DNA of 63,175 nucleotides, counting the filler, from Dimorphilus gyrociliatus (Eukaryota; Animalia; Annelida): NCBI GenBank assembly GCA_904063045.1. It is 4 parts of 4 records of this genome, joined end to end, with 100 filler letters (N's around TTAATTAATTAA, not from the genome) between each part and the next. Parts side by side here need not be neighbours in the genome. Positions count along the whole stretch, not along the records: positions 40,078 to 56,614 come from CAJFCJ010000205.1; positions 56,715 to 63,175 come from CAJFCJ010000094.1; 2 more parts are not named here. One strand, written 5' to 3'. Under the pieces are notes generated by a model, which saw nothing but the letters and a program-made list of their open reading frames with translations, did not search any database and was not told the origin of the DNA. A program made the translations under genes and the position numbers. The stretch's first letter is position 1; each line of letters begins with the position of its first letter. Shown here piece after piece: positions 49,587 through 62,900 of this stretch.

Positions 49587-50560
49587 ATATGCTTTTTTCT
49601 TTTTTGAAGACATGAACACAGTTAATAGTGGTACTTGTTTCAATGCATCATTTTTTTTCAGAATTCCATGAATAGAGAATATTTGTATAAAAGGATTATG
49701 AGCATGTTTAAAAGTACCATCAAGAAATCATGTTTTAGTTGAGGAAAGAAGTTCAATTTTCTTGTTAGTTGCAAATAATATAATTTGAAAGCCATTTTCA
49801 TTTATATCTTTCCTTGGAAATCTGTCAGGTAAAAAGGTATGGTTTAGAAAAAAATTAATACCATCTGGTTCTCTTGGACAATTTTTTCTCTTATGATAAT
49901 TGACAACTTGTACACAGGATGTTACTTTTGCTAAATGATCTGCATCTGTATGATTTATCAAAACCTCTTCTGCAATTCTTCTTCCACTTAGTATTAGATT
50001 TTCTTTACTTTTGGCTTTTAAATCACTTCTTATCAACAGCTTCTTCTCATTATCCTTATTTCCCAAATGTATGTGTGCTCTTTTACCCAAAATAAAAGAA
50101 GTTCCATTTTGATTGACACTTGCAGGACATCTTTGATTTTTATTTCTTCTGCTGCAAATCCATACAGTTCTCCTCTTTGTTTTAAATTTTATGTTAAGAA
50201 AAAAGCCATTATGCACTAGTAAATCCTTTCCTTTCTGACTACCATTTTTTATAATTTCAAACTTAGATGAATCAAAAAATTTAATACTGGATGGTTCTTT
50301 TTCAAATGAGCTTTCTTCAACATCACTGACTTAAAAATTAGGATCACTACCAACACTTGAATTTGTAATATCAATTGAAGGATTATCAGTGTCCATATCC
50401 TGATTGTCATATAAATCATAATGAAATGGTATTTGATAATCATTTGGACTATTGCTATCATTGACATTTTCCACAGCTTTATCAGCATATTGTTGATCAC
50501 ATATTTTATACAACACTATTTTTAAATGGCATTTTGACATTCTTAAACAGACTGAGCAAA
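49587..50560 (-). mobile_element. MULE fragment (FLYWCH to start of DDE), broken
   Basis: HNGFFLNIK...WICS...RCPASV...H.H...RPREPD-like...IILFAT; paralogous to 61914-62785. Confidence 0.85.
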
Positions 50561-51199
50561 GACATATGTCAGACCCTGTTTAATAAATTATAAACATTTA
50601 AAAAATAAAATTACTGAAACTAACCATTAACACACTTATTGTGGTAATTATGGTAACAAAGATTGCATTTGCAACCAGTGTTATTTCTTTTGATAAATTT
50701 TTTACAAATATTACATGACACCATGCTTCTTCCAGGGAATGATTTTGAAAGTTATCCAATTTTCTTAAAATAATTAATTTTTTTATTTAATTTCAAGTTA
50801 GGATGTATCTTAAACTATTCATATATTAATTGATTCATTATTTATGTTAATAACTCCCATATTAGTCAAAAAAATATCTAAAAACAATAATTAGACCTTA
50901 CATGTATCTGAGTGATATTTGGAGAGGAAGTAGAATTATTGATGGCAAAAGATTATCTTAAAAAAATTAAAAACTGGTAAAGAAGAATTTTTTTATAAAT
51001 AGAAAGAGTTTAATTTATGAGTTTTAGCAATCATTTTTATAATCTCTGGTTTAATAAAATAAGTAATCTTTAGAATAAAAATTTATAACTATATTTATAA
51101 TTAGGGTTCTTTAATCAAAAACCAAAAATATTAGTTATATACAGTCTTTAAACTACACTGGGTGTTTTCAACAAGGACAGTGGGCATTTTCAACAATGG

Positions 51200-52744
51200 G
51201 CGTTTTCAACAACCCCTGTAGTTGGCTACTTCTTTGCAATTGTGCAAACCACATTTTCCATTCAAAAGAATTTCCTCAGCTATTCTTTTTCCTGATGATT
51301 TAATATCATTAGCAGATTTCTCTTTGATATCATTTCTAATGACAATCTGCTTTTCAACATTTTTCACTGGTGAGGGTTGTGGTTTTTTCTGCCACAATGG
51401 AAATTTTTTTCTTTTTGAATGATGGTAGCAGAACATTTGTTAGATTTATTACGAACTGAGTAAATCCATGTTGTAGTAGCTTTTCTTTTGATTTTAACAT
51501 TAAAGGTATATCTATTATAGATTAAAATGTCTTTTCCTTTCTGACTTGCTTTTAGTAAAATTTTAAAATGACATTTGTCTGTGTCATTTTTGGTTTGATC
51601 AATATCACTTTCAAAAGACTCTTCCTGCACATCAGACATTTCTCCACCAGTGACTGTAGTCATTGTACTTATTTCAATTTCATTACTGAACATAATATCC
51701 TCCTCATTCATAATACCTTGAACTCCTTTTGAACAATCAGCAATGCTTTCCATACTATCAAAAGAAAATGATAATCTCAACTCCTTTCTGGATTTGTGCT
51801 TTGTTCTTTTTCTTCATCTATTCTCTTCAACATTACAACACAATTTCTTTTTGAGATTTGAAAACAACTTAAACATAATGGTGAATTTTGCTGCTGGATC
51901 TGGATTATTTGAATGATTGATATTTTAAAGGCATAAATAATACAAACCCTGAATGCACTTGATATGGCATGTTTTGAAACAAAGACAACATTTGCCTTTA
52001 ATTTGGCTGCCTATGAAGGCATCATTGCAGATATAGCATGTGTTTTCCATTGTTGAAAATTTGAGAATATTCTTTTTCAAACCTTGGTAAGTAATAATTT
52101 GTTAGAGTAAAATTGATAAGAAGAGTCAAAATATATTTAAAAGTTGATAATAAGATTACCACAAGCATTACAATGTAAAAATCAAATTAAAAGATAAAAA
52201 TGAACTTAAAATTGTCAATTTTTTAGTTAGGATGATATATAAACTTTTGATTATAAAAATCCTTTGTAGTGTTAAAAAATTAATATAATAATATAGCTTT
52301 GAAAACAATAAATAAAAAATTTTCACATTACCTCTAATGAGTGATAATAAAGAAGGTAGTAGAATTTTTCTTTCTTACTGCCTGAAGATTTCCAATTGTT
52401 TTTAGGAGCATTTATTTTGAATTTTGTGAAATATTGTAAAAAATTTATATATTATTTTGTGCAGATATTTTTTAATTAACATAGCCTGTTCTTCTGTCGG
52501 CATTAGAAGACTTTCTCTGAACTGGTGGATGTTTTCTGTAAGCCTGTGGACATTTTCTGTCACTTTTGGGACGTTTTCTGTTCTTTAGTTAATTTTATAT
52601 AATTCTTTTTTTTTTGCTGAAATAATGACATATATCAAAAAAGAGTATATCTTTCTATATCATCATTGTAAAAATGGTGAAATTTTTTACATTTTTTTCA
52701 ACTTTTTTGACAACTTATTTTTGGGGACGTTTTCTGTCTGAACC
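51200..52744 (-). mobile_element. Decayed MULE with TIR repeats, PHD-like finger and FLYWCH
   Basis: TIR units at 52500-52744; MENTCYIC...KCCLCFKTCHIKC; SQKGKDILIYNRYTF...W...CSATI. Confidence 0.85.
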
Positions 52745-53559
52745 ATTGAAAAAATAAAACAGAAACAACCGTTTTCAAATACTTTTGGAGAGAAGAATCT
52801 ATTCTCATTGCAGACAGTTACAGTTGGAAGTTCCAGTACATTGTTATAAACATTACTTATTTGAGAAATTCTTTCATATAAGAGATATGATCATGAAGTT
52901 GATAGACCATATATAAAAGAAATGCTCATAAGATCCTCTTGAAAATGGAATTTTCATGACTTGTAGTATAGTTTATTCCAATTATACTAATGCTATTCTC
53001 TTCTCTTCTCTTCAGATTTTAATTTCTGTTGCTGTTGCTGTTGCAGTTCCATAGCAACTTTATAAAAAACATTTGATTTGATGAGACAAAATGATAAGAT
53101 ATTCTGCTAGGGAGATGTGTAGAGAGAGATTTGTGATTCTCTTTAGACCTATATGCCAATGTCAACATATGATTAACAAGGCTTTTACATTAATGTGTTT
53201 TATGCATTTGCATGAATTTTTCATGTTGATGAAACAATGGATATTATGGTGCATTCACTTCTTTCTTCTATTCCAATCAATCAATTATTAACTAGCCCTG
53301 ACATTGGCTCTTATCAATGTTATATTAGTAATAAAACTTGAGATATGTAAATCAGACTCTAAAAATCCCTCTATTCTGCCAATTTTACATATTTCATTCT
53401 CTCAACCTTCCCAAGTTACCCAAAGCATGTAAGTCATTTTCCTTGGCTAACCCAATTATAGAAATCATATTACTCATATCGAGTATCTCCACTTTCATCA
53501 CTGTTTTGGCTTTCTAGATAAATGAATAAAAGAGAGGCTAGTGGCTTAGTTAAAAAGAA

Positions 53560-54830
53560 TCAATGATTTTTTTTTGTTAAATCAATTTTAAATAAATTGT
53601 CTAATCCTTTAAAGGAAAATTGTTTTAGTTCAGAAATTTTTGAACCAATTAATGAAAGATGTTCAAGTGATGTTAAAGTTTTAAATGATAAATTGTCAAT
53701 AGATTTAAAAGTATTGTATGAAAGATTCAAAACTCTTAATGATGGTATGAGAAGGATACTTGAATTTAAATATCTTAGAAAGCTTCTTTTTACAGCAATT
53801 TTCTTCATCGTCACTATTTGGACAGTGTCCTATACCATCACAGACATTTTGTAATGGTATACAATAATAGGAGGAGCACTGAAATGATCCTTCAATACAC
53901 AGCATTGATAGACAATTTGATAAATCGAAATATGGAAATTGGGGTTTGGTTATCAATTTACCCAAACTATTGTATTTTAAGTGGCATTTTGTTGTTGCAT
54001 TATCATTTAAAGGATCACTGTCTCTCCGATTCCATATTTGGCATCTGTTATCTAAAGAAAAGTGAATTCTATTCTGTTATTTGAAATCTCTGGACTAATT
54101 TTTCATTTCAAAAATCTACCCGAATCGTATGACAACTTTTTACAAATTTTTTTCAAACATTCATTTTGGGCTTCATCTTTGCCATCTTTACAATCAATTC
54201 TATTGTCACATGCATTTCCAATATCTATGCATTCATTAGAACAATAGAATTGGGACGAATTGCATTCATCTTTTAGGAAAACAGTTGGAGGAATAGTCTG
54301 ATATTTCATCTTTCCATTTTGTATTTCCTGATTTACTTATTTCATCTGATCTGTCTATACAGTGTTTCTCTCCATCACATTTTAAAGAAGCTTTTATACA
54401 TTCGCCAGTTTTACATCTAAATAATTCTAAACAATTATTAAGCAACACTCAAACTTGTCAAATATTACTGTATCTCTCCAGTTTTACAGTTGACGTATTC
54501 TATAAAAAAGAAAAAATCCTTTTTTGTGTTTTTCTTTCAACATGTTCATTGATTTTTAATCATAAAACTATGTTTTTTTTTATGTAAGGAGAGAATCACC
54601 TACTAAATGTCTTAAAATTTGAACACCTGAGATAAGCATATGGTAAAACAACTAGTTTTGTAAAAAAAGAATTTTATTTCATTTTTAAATATCCATTTCT
54701 GCAGTCTCATACATTGTTAACAAATTGGCAATGAACTATAAAAGGAGTGTTATATTTTGAATATTTATCCATAAAATATTTTACAGCTCCATACATAAAT
54801 CCAAAATAATTACAAAACATCTATTTCACA
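53560..54830 (-). pseudogene. Third GRL101-like receptor relic (SRCR-like piece, LDLa repeats, LRR piece); no 7TM seen
   Basis: [52 protein letters not shown], in discontinuous frames with stops. Confidence 0.8.
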
Positions 54831-55962
54831 CCAAAAATGATTTTATTGTACAAGATTGAAGTTGAAAAACTTGAATTAGATTATAGAGATTCAGTTTGAA
54901 AACTATTGCTGATTTGTAATGAAAAGAAAACACTTATGAGAAATTGAATTATAATTTTTCATTCTCTCTTGACCTTGACCTACATTTGTCTGCTGTAATT
55001 GTTAAGTCAATTAAACTAACTTTTAATTATTACTATATTTTTTATTATTCTTCTTAGAGATTTTAAAAACATGGTACTAATTTTAAAACCACTTTTTTTC
55101 CCTATTTATATTAAAATTATTATTTCAATTAATCTTTGTACAAAAAAGAAATTAATATCAATTCTTAAAAGATCTACATTAGGTTTAAAGGTCATGTGAT
55201 CATTATAACAATCTAATGTTCAGTATTTCTTTTTCATTATTAAAATAATTATGTCAATTTTAGTTGTTTGAGTTGATAAAGAGGGGTATGAGAGAGAATG
55301 TCCTATTTTCGAGTGTTAAAAAGGGTAATAATGGCATATCCAGGGGCTCCAACTATTCGTTCAAGCGTATTCATCAATAAAGCAACTACTATTGATTATT
55401 CTTTATATTCTATTTAAAATGAATAAATCTTTTATAAATATTAGTTGTAGAAGTTGTCCATAGATATGAATTGTCTTTTTGAAGTAATTATTCATCTGCC
55501 AACATCAAGAGAGGAAGATTATCAAGTATCACCTGGGTATCATCCTATTTGTTTATTATAAGGTCAATGCCCTTACTGAAATTTGTTTCCAGACCTCTCC
55601 TACTGAAAGATTAATTTACAACAAATACCAGAAACCTTTATGCTTGGTGATTAATCAATTATTTACTGATACAAGTTATACTTTTTGTCAGACTATAACA
55701 AATATAAATGTATCACACCAGACATTTTTATCATATTTTCTAATTGGCCAGGTAGGACAAACAACTATCTAAGAAACCTACAATCTCGTAGCTATGAGAT
55801 GTTGGATAATTTAAATAAATAAACTATCAATCACTGTGGTATTTTTGAATATACATAATTAAAAAACACTGTTTAAAATGAATGCAGGCTGAAATATTAT
55901 AAAATCATTTTAAATATGTATTTACATTGATATTTTCATTTGAAAAAATGATATTGTGCAGA

Positions 55963-56614
55963 ATGAAGATATTTCACATTTTTGTTTGCATCACCTACTT
56001 AATAAATTGCAGATATTCTAACATGGCGTCACCATTGTCAGGTTTGTGTATGTGATAATTTACATTAAACTAAGTACTAATGTTTGTCCCAATAGACAGG
56101 GAAAAACTGATCAATGTGGCCAATAGAGACAATGGAGCAACTTGCAAAGCATCTACTTCCTTGGCTGGAAATCCAAAACCAGTTTGCCGTTATGCTCAAA
56201 TTGCTTTTTGGTATACACCTTTAGACTGGGTATCTGATTGTAATAGAAATCAATGTGATCAATCTTGGATTGAAATTACCTTTAAAAAAGAATATGATAT
56301 AGTAGAGGTTTACATAGAACAGAGAGCATTTTTTCAGTATAAAGGAATACAAACCATTTATATATATTTCGGAAGAAACCAGAAAAAGAAATTCAAAATA
56401 AATAGAACAAATAGTGCCTTATTATTTAAATATGGATTTGGTTTTGCGTCAAAAAAGTTGAAAATTCAAGCAAACGAACTAATCTCAACATCATCAATAA
56501 ATGTTGGATTTAATACAATATTCGCTTTTACATATGATGACGGTAAGATTTTGGAATTAGAAAAAATACAAAAGCATCTATATCCTTTTTTTGATTTCCA
56601 AAGATCCATCACTA
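55963..56614 (+). CDS. Secreted discoidin/F5-8C-like (galactose-binding-fold) protein, 3' end in the gap
   Basis: Signal MKIFHIFVCITYLINC with an in-frame GT/AG intron (56042-56095). LINVANRDNGATCKAS...WVSDC...CDQSWIEITF...EQR...NVGFNTIFAF. Confidence 0.75.
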
Positions 56615-56714
56615 NNNNNNNNNNNNNNNNNNNNNNNNNNNNNNNNNNNNNNNNNNNNTTAATTAATTAANNNNNNNNNNNNNNNNNNNNNNNNNNNNNN
56701 NNNNNNNNNNNNNN

Positions 56715-58748
56715 AATCTGTTAGATTCTGTTTTTCAAGTAGACATAACTGTTCATTTCCATTGTTTATCATTTTATAACTAATATAAGAATAAAGATTA
56801 CCATTTAAATCACTATCCTTTTTAAATGTTATTAAAAAATTTGAGCTGTTTATTAACATTTCTGTTTTATTAAAAAGTTTATGGTCAAATGATACTCCCT
56901 GTGAATATATTTTTGTACAAGCAACCGGAAATTTATTAAAAACTTTAGGCCTAACTGAATCTATTCTTGAATAAGTAGTTAGAAATTTATTCATATCTTC
57001 CTTGTAGTGGGATCCACATGATGTATAACCTGCAAAGAAGTAGTAGCAATTGTAGAAATAGTTTAAAATTTGAATTACACATACTTTTTTCTGTGATTTG
57101 AATCATATTAACTATGTCACTTCCTAAATTATTTCTGAACAATATTTGCTCAATTTCCAATGATTTAGGCAATTTTAATTTTGCTAATAAATTTTTATTA
57201 TAGAAACTACCTGAGCCAAATTTGATTTCATCACCTTTAATTCTAAGCCAATAGTCATTCCATACTTCACAACTTATTAGTGAGTTTGTTTCACTTAACT
57301 CCTCAACAGTTTGTGTACCATTATGGTAAATTTCAATTGAAGATCTTTCTTCGCCAGTAACCACAGAATCGAACTTTAATGAAAATTCTTTCTTGAATTT
57401 ACTCTTGAAACTAATAACCAATGATGAACACTCATTAGGTATACCAAAAGCTTGACCTTTAACCTTGAATTTGATATATTGAAAACTATCGTATAGTTGA
57501 TAGACAACATCACTAGATAATTGAATGTAGTAAATATCTTCATAAATTTCTAGAAGAAAACAAACAAAATCAAAGAAAATTTTTAAAAAAATGGAAATTT
57601 TTTACGTTTCACAAAAACTTTAAAAAAAGTAAATCCAATGTTAATTGATTGATAGGTTTCTTTAATTATGATTTTAACAGAAGATTCATCATTTGATCCA
57701 TGTTTATAGTTAAAGCATTGATAATTAATAATTTTTGTTAGATTATTGAAATTGTCAATGAAACCAGAACTCCATTCAATTTTCAAGTCTTTTACATATC
57801 GAGCAGCTATTATTCTTTAGTTTTAAGAATTGATTAGAATTTGGGAAACAAGAGTTTTTTGTTACCTATTCATATAACAATATTTCCTTGGTTGTGCTGG
57901 ATATGGAAAAGTAATATCTATAAACTGATCAATGCATACACTTTGACATATTGCGGCCCATTCCGTTTGAAGTTCTCTGTTAATTCCTTTATCACATTCA
58001 TACTTATTAAATGAACTGGAAGATGTACAAGTAGCTCCCAATTCAAAAGCAGCTATATTAGTTAACATTTCTCCATTACTATTATCAATTGATTCTATTT
58101 TTTGGAGAAGAAATAAGAGAATTTAAATCCCTAATAAAATTATTATTATTTTTGGCTGACCTTCATGATATGAATATGCAAATATAGAATTGAAACCAAC
58201 ATTCATGGTATCACTTTGAAGACCCACTGGTCTCAATCTTATACTGGACAAATTGATACCAACTTCCTCTTCTAATAAAATACACATTTTTGAAGTGTTT
58301 GTTCTGTATATTGAAACATGATTGCCAAGTGTAATTTCTACTGAATTTGAAAGAAATTTCTCTTTTACAATCCTTTGAACAATACAAATTTTAGAAATAT
58401 TATATAATTTATTAAAATTGATTTGAATCCAGCTTTGATTACAATCAGTGCCACTACAATGTGAAGCCCAATCATTAATGGTTGTCCAAATAGGTTCTAA
58501 AGCATTTTCACAAGCATAGGCAAAGTAATATGAATTTCCTTGTTCTGATGAAGCTTGACATGATGCGCCATTTTGTTTTGAAGCTACATTTATAAGTTTT
58601 CTATCTGTTTTTATTTTTTGAAAAAGTCTTGTGTTATTATCTGGAAAAAAAACACAAAATATTTACTTGAATATATTGGGAAAATATTTCCACCAAAACT
58701 TAATTCCAAAAGAGCAAAAATGTAACTTGTATTCACAAACAATTTCAT
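56715..58748 (-). CDS. Secreted protein with two discoidin-like domains and a farnesoic-acid-O-methyltransferase-like (Methyltransf_FA) domain; 3' end in the gap
   Basis: LINVASKQNGASCQAS...WASHC...SWIQINF...VQR; LTNIAAFELGATCTSSS...WAAIC...FIDITF; FKVKG...LISCEVWNDYWLRIKGDEIKFGSG. Exons splice in frame by my reading. Confidence 0.75.
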
Positions 58749-61700
58749 TTTTTGTTTTGCTAAAAACTGATGATACTCAATTAATGGTATTCTTTATATA
58801 CATATAAATGGTTTACTCAAAAACAATAAGGAAACTAAAGACATATGAATTTTTCATTGTTTGAATTAATAGTACTAGAAAATTTTATTAGTTTCAATAA
58901 CAAAAAATACTCTGACTTGATACAAACATTACTTGTACTCACACAAAAACTCAATTTATTATTGATATAAATTTGTATTAAAAATATTGTATAGGTCAGA
59001 ATTCTTGACACAAAGTAATATAGAATCAATGATTTTTACATTAGTAAAATGGATCTTCTTAGTTTTCATAAAATGCCTTCAGAAATTCAAAAATAAATGA
59101 AATAAAGTGTAGTTATTCTATATTTAACAAAAAAACAAAGTTACCTTTATAATTTATGCCTTTCAGTCAAAATTTGATTTTATGCTGACATACACTTAGA
59201 TTGAAAGTATATATACTAATAAACAAAATATATTAGCTTAAGATTTTATCCTCCAAATAACAATATATATGAACATTCTGTAAGATTTATTGCTGAATAC
59301 AACAGAAAATGTCCCCAAATGCATGGTTTAATCCTAACCCTAACCTAGCCCTTGTCTCTCCTTAACCTTTTTGATTGCTCCTAACCCTTAGGTTAGGAAA
59401 TGTTGCTTTCAAAAATTTCATTGGGGACGTTTTCTGTCGGCCCCAAAATATATAATAGGAAGAATGAGACAGCTATTCATTCATACTTAAGGGCAACCCA
59501 TCTAAGGGTAGGCTGTAATGAATATGGTTAAGAAGTGATAAGGGCTGGGTTACAGTTAGTGTAAAATCACATATTTGAAAACGTTTTCTGTCTGTCCTGA
59601 AAGATTGAAAAAAGTGTTTACTTGAAATGACATAAACATTTACTAAAAATGTCTGAATAGATAAGCTGAGAGGCTTATTACTGAGGAAGATTACAAGTTT
59701 TAAGTTTTATCTAAACCCCAATTTCAAATGCTAAATATTGTTCTCACTGTGTCATTCCTCCTATTTCTTAGTCTACAGTCACATGACTTAAAATCGTATA
59801 ATATGTTTTTTACTTATTATAGTAATTATTATTATGTTATTTGCAACCTACTATGGATACAAGAAAAAAAATCCACAAAATTATGCTTTTACCCTAAAAA
59901 ATGGAAAAAAAATTGCATAAAGTAGGCCTATATCCGATAAAAAATATTATTTTGAAATACGTCAATTTTAGAACAACCCCTTCCTTTTAAACAACAAGAT
60001 TTAAGATCAAAATCTGCTAATGAAAAATTATGATTGGCCATCTTTTGAAACTGATTTTATCCCTATTTAGAGACGTTTCTATAACAAACAAAAGTTATGA
60101 TTGAATGGTCTATTTTTAAATAATTGATTTGAATTTTTTGGAAATGATTCAATAGAAACACCACTCCAGTTTTAGTATTTTCCATTTGGAGTCTTACTGC
60201 TGGCTTTTTTATTGTTTTTTAAATGAAGTTATTGTCCATCTTACGAGCGTCTTATCATTTCAGGGCAACGCCTGTCCAAAACACACACTTGTTTTACTGT
60301 TATGGACTATATCCGCAATAATCAATCACCCATAAACTCATTCATATTTCTTACAATTTTAAGCATCTATAAATAGAATTATTTCAGTTTGCAGTACACA
60401 CCAGTCGGGTGGATAAGGAAGCAACTATTTCTTTTAGCTGAAATACAAATCTGGTTTACAGTCTTTCAGTTCTATCTTGAAAATCAATACCTCCTTCAAG
60501 TTGCTTTTTTGTACAATAGTTCTCACGTAGGCCTATATTAGATTAAGATTAGAAAAAGGAAGTATAATACAGTAATATAGGAAATGATAAACAATTTGGC
60601 ATCATTCCAAAGATTACCAAAGTCTTTTATAAAGAGATACTCAAAAGGAACTTTATAGATACTAATAAAGATTTTGTAATATTTTTAACATTTTTAACTT
60701 TAGGCCTAATTTATTATTATTACTACAATTAGATTTATAATTCAGATTGAAAGGAGCAAAACTGTCAAATTCTACTCAAACAATAGGAATTCTTGAAGTA
60801 TTCTATAGAAACTTATGGCATCTTGTGTCAAATTTTGAACAATGTACAATTATCTATTTGATGTTAAAAAAACTATTAAAAAACTAAGAATTGCTCTTTT
60901 GTCTTTAAAGTGCTGACAAAGCACACAGTTTAAATGGGATTATATTAACCAGCAAAAAATCATAGCCAACTCACATTTTTCGAAATAATCAACTGCTAAA
61001 CAACACTTCAATTATTATGGCAGACTGTAAAACATATACCTTCTTATCAGTATCCAGTTTTTTTTTTAATACTCAACTATCAATTTATAACCTTTTCAGC
61101 AAAGTTCACTAATAGGTTTTGTTTTGTTGTTTAGTGTCCAATTAGAGAGGAAAGATGAACCTTTCAAAATTTCCCTTTCCCAAAATGTCTCTGTACTGCT
61201 CCTGATTAAGCAACTTGCTGATAATTTGACAACTGACCAATATCAATAATTATAACTAGGTGAATGGTAAAAGAAAATAGAATGAATGAATGAAGTGTCA
61301 AGAATGATGCTATATGTTTCAAATATAAAGGTGCAATGTTTAAATTGATAACATTTATTCAAAATAGATTATTATAAAAGTCTTTCTGTCAACTTGAACA
61401 GAGTCTTTGTGAACTATTAGATAATCTCTAGAGAATTTGGGATTTGTTATTCGGATTAAACTAAATAAGGAATTTAAGTAGATTGATGGATTTTGAAAAC
61501 AATTGTTAAAATTATTATAAAGTTTGCTGCTGTACCTGTTTCTTTTGCTTTCAACAAGACAATGCATGCTGCCACACAGCAAGACCTACTATGAGGGTCT
61601 TTAGAATGAATGGTATAGATCTAATTGATTTGCCAGCAAAGAGCTAATTCTACCCTCCATCCCTGCATATAAATTTGATAGCAAGTAGGGATTTTGATAA

Positions 61701-61913
61701 GGAATTGTATAAAAGCAGGGCGTAGGCAGTAACAGGCATTCAGTCCTGAATCAACTCCCTTAGTGAACAGGTCTTTAAAATACAGTTATATTATTCTTAG
61801 GTTTTGGTTCTATATTGATCCTCCTTCAATTCTACATCTGTCTTTAAGTGGCTTACTCCTAATTCGGTTCTATTTGGACCAGTACTTACCTACAACCCTA
61901 GCAGGAAAGTACA

Positions 61914-62785
61914 TACTCTTTAAAAAATGTGATCAACAGCATGCTGATAAAACTGTAGAAAATGTCATTGATAGCAAAAATCTAAATGATTATCAAATAC
62001 TATTTCATTATGATTTGTATGATGGACAGAAAATGGATACTGAAAATCCTTCAATACCAACCAGTATTAAATTTTTAAATTCCACTAAATTTGAAGTTAT
62101 AGAAAATGGTAGCCAGAAAGGAGAGGATTTACTATGATTCACAATGGTTTTTCTTTCAATATAAAATTTAAAACATAGAAGAGAACTGTATGGATTCACA
62201 GCAGAAGAAATAAAAATCAAAGATGTCCTGCTAGTGTTAATCAAAATGGAAGTTCTTCTACTTTAGGTAAAAGAGCACACATACATTTGGGAAATATGGA
62301 TAATGAAAAAAAGCTGTTGATAAGAAGTGATTTAAAAAACAAAAGTAAAGAAAATTTGATACTAAGCAGAAGAAGAATTGCAGAAGAGGTTCTGATAAAT
62401 TATACAGATGCTGAAAATTTACCAAAAGTTACATCCTGTGTGCAAATTGTGAATTATCCAAAAGAAAAAATCATCCCAGAGAATCAGGTGGTATTAACTT
62501 TTTCTTAAATCATACCTTTTTACATGACAGAGTTCTAAGAAAAGATATTAATGAAAATGGTTTTCACATTGTTTTATTTGCATAAAATTGGCAAATTCAA
62601 CTTTCCTCAATTAAAGCATGGTTTCTTGATAGTACTTTTAAACATGCTTACAATCCTTACATACAAATATTCTCTATTCGCAGATTTCTGAAAGACATCA
62701 TGCCTTGAAGCAAGTACCACTATCAACTGTGTTTACGTCTTCAAAAAAGAAAAAAAGCCTATGAACTATTGTTTCAAGTACAATC
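61914..62785 (+). mobile_element. MULE fragment (FLYWCH to DDE region), broken
   Basis: GSQKGEDLL..HNGF, RCPASV, WFLDSTF, LPLSTVF...KAYELLF. Confidence 0.85.
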
Positions 62786-62900
62786 AATAATATTTTTACA
62801 CAGTTGAAACAAATTGTATGTTGACAAGGAAATGTCCTAGGATCATTCCCTATCCAGGAATCTAAACAAATTGCACATTCAAAAGAAAACACCCTGGAAA
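62785..62900 (-). pseudogene. RING-finger exon cut by the MULE
   Basis: FECAICLDSWIGNDPRTFPCQHTICFNC supplies the first six RING-HC ligands. The last CxxC is replaced by MULE sequence. Confidence 0.75.
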
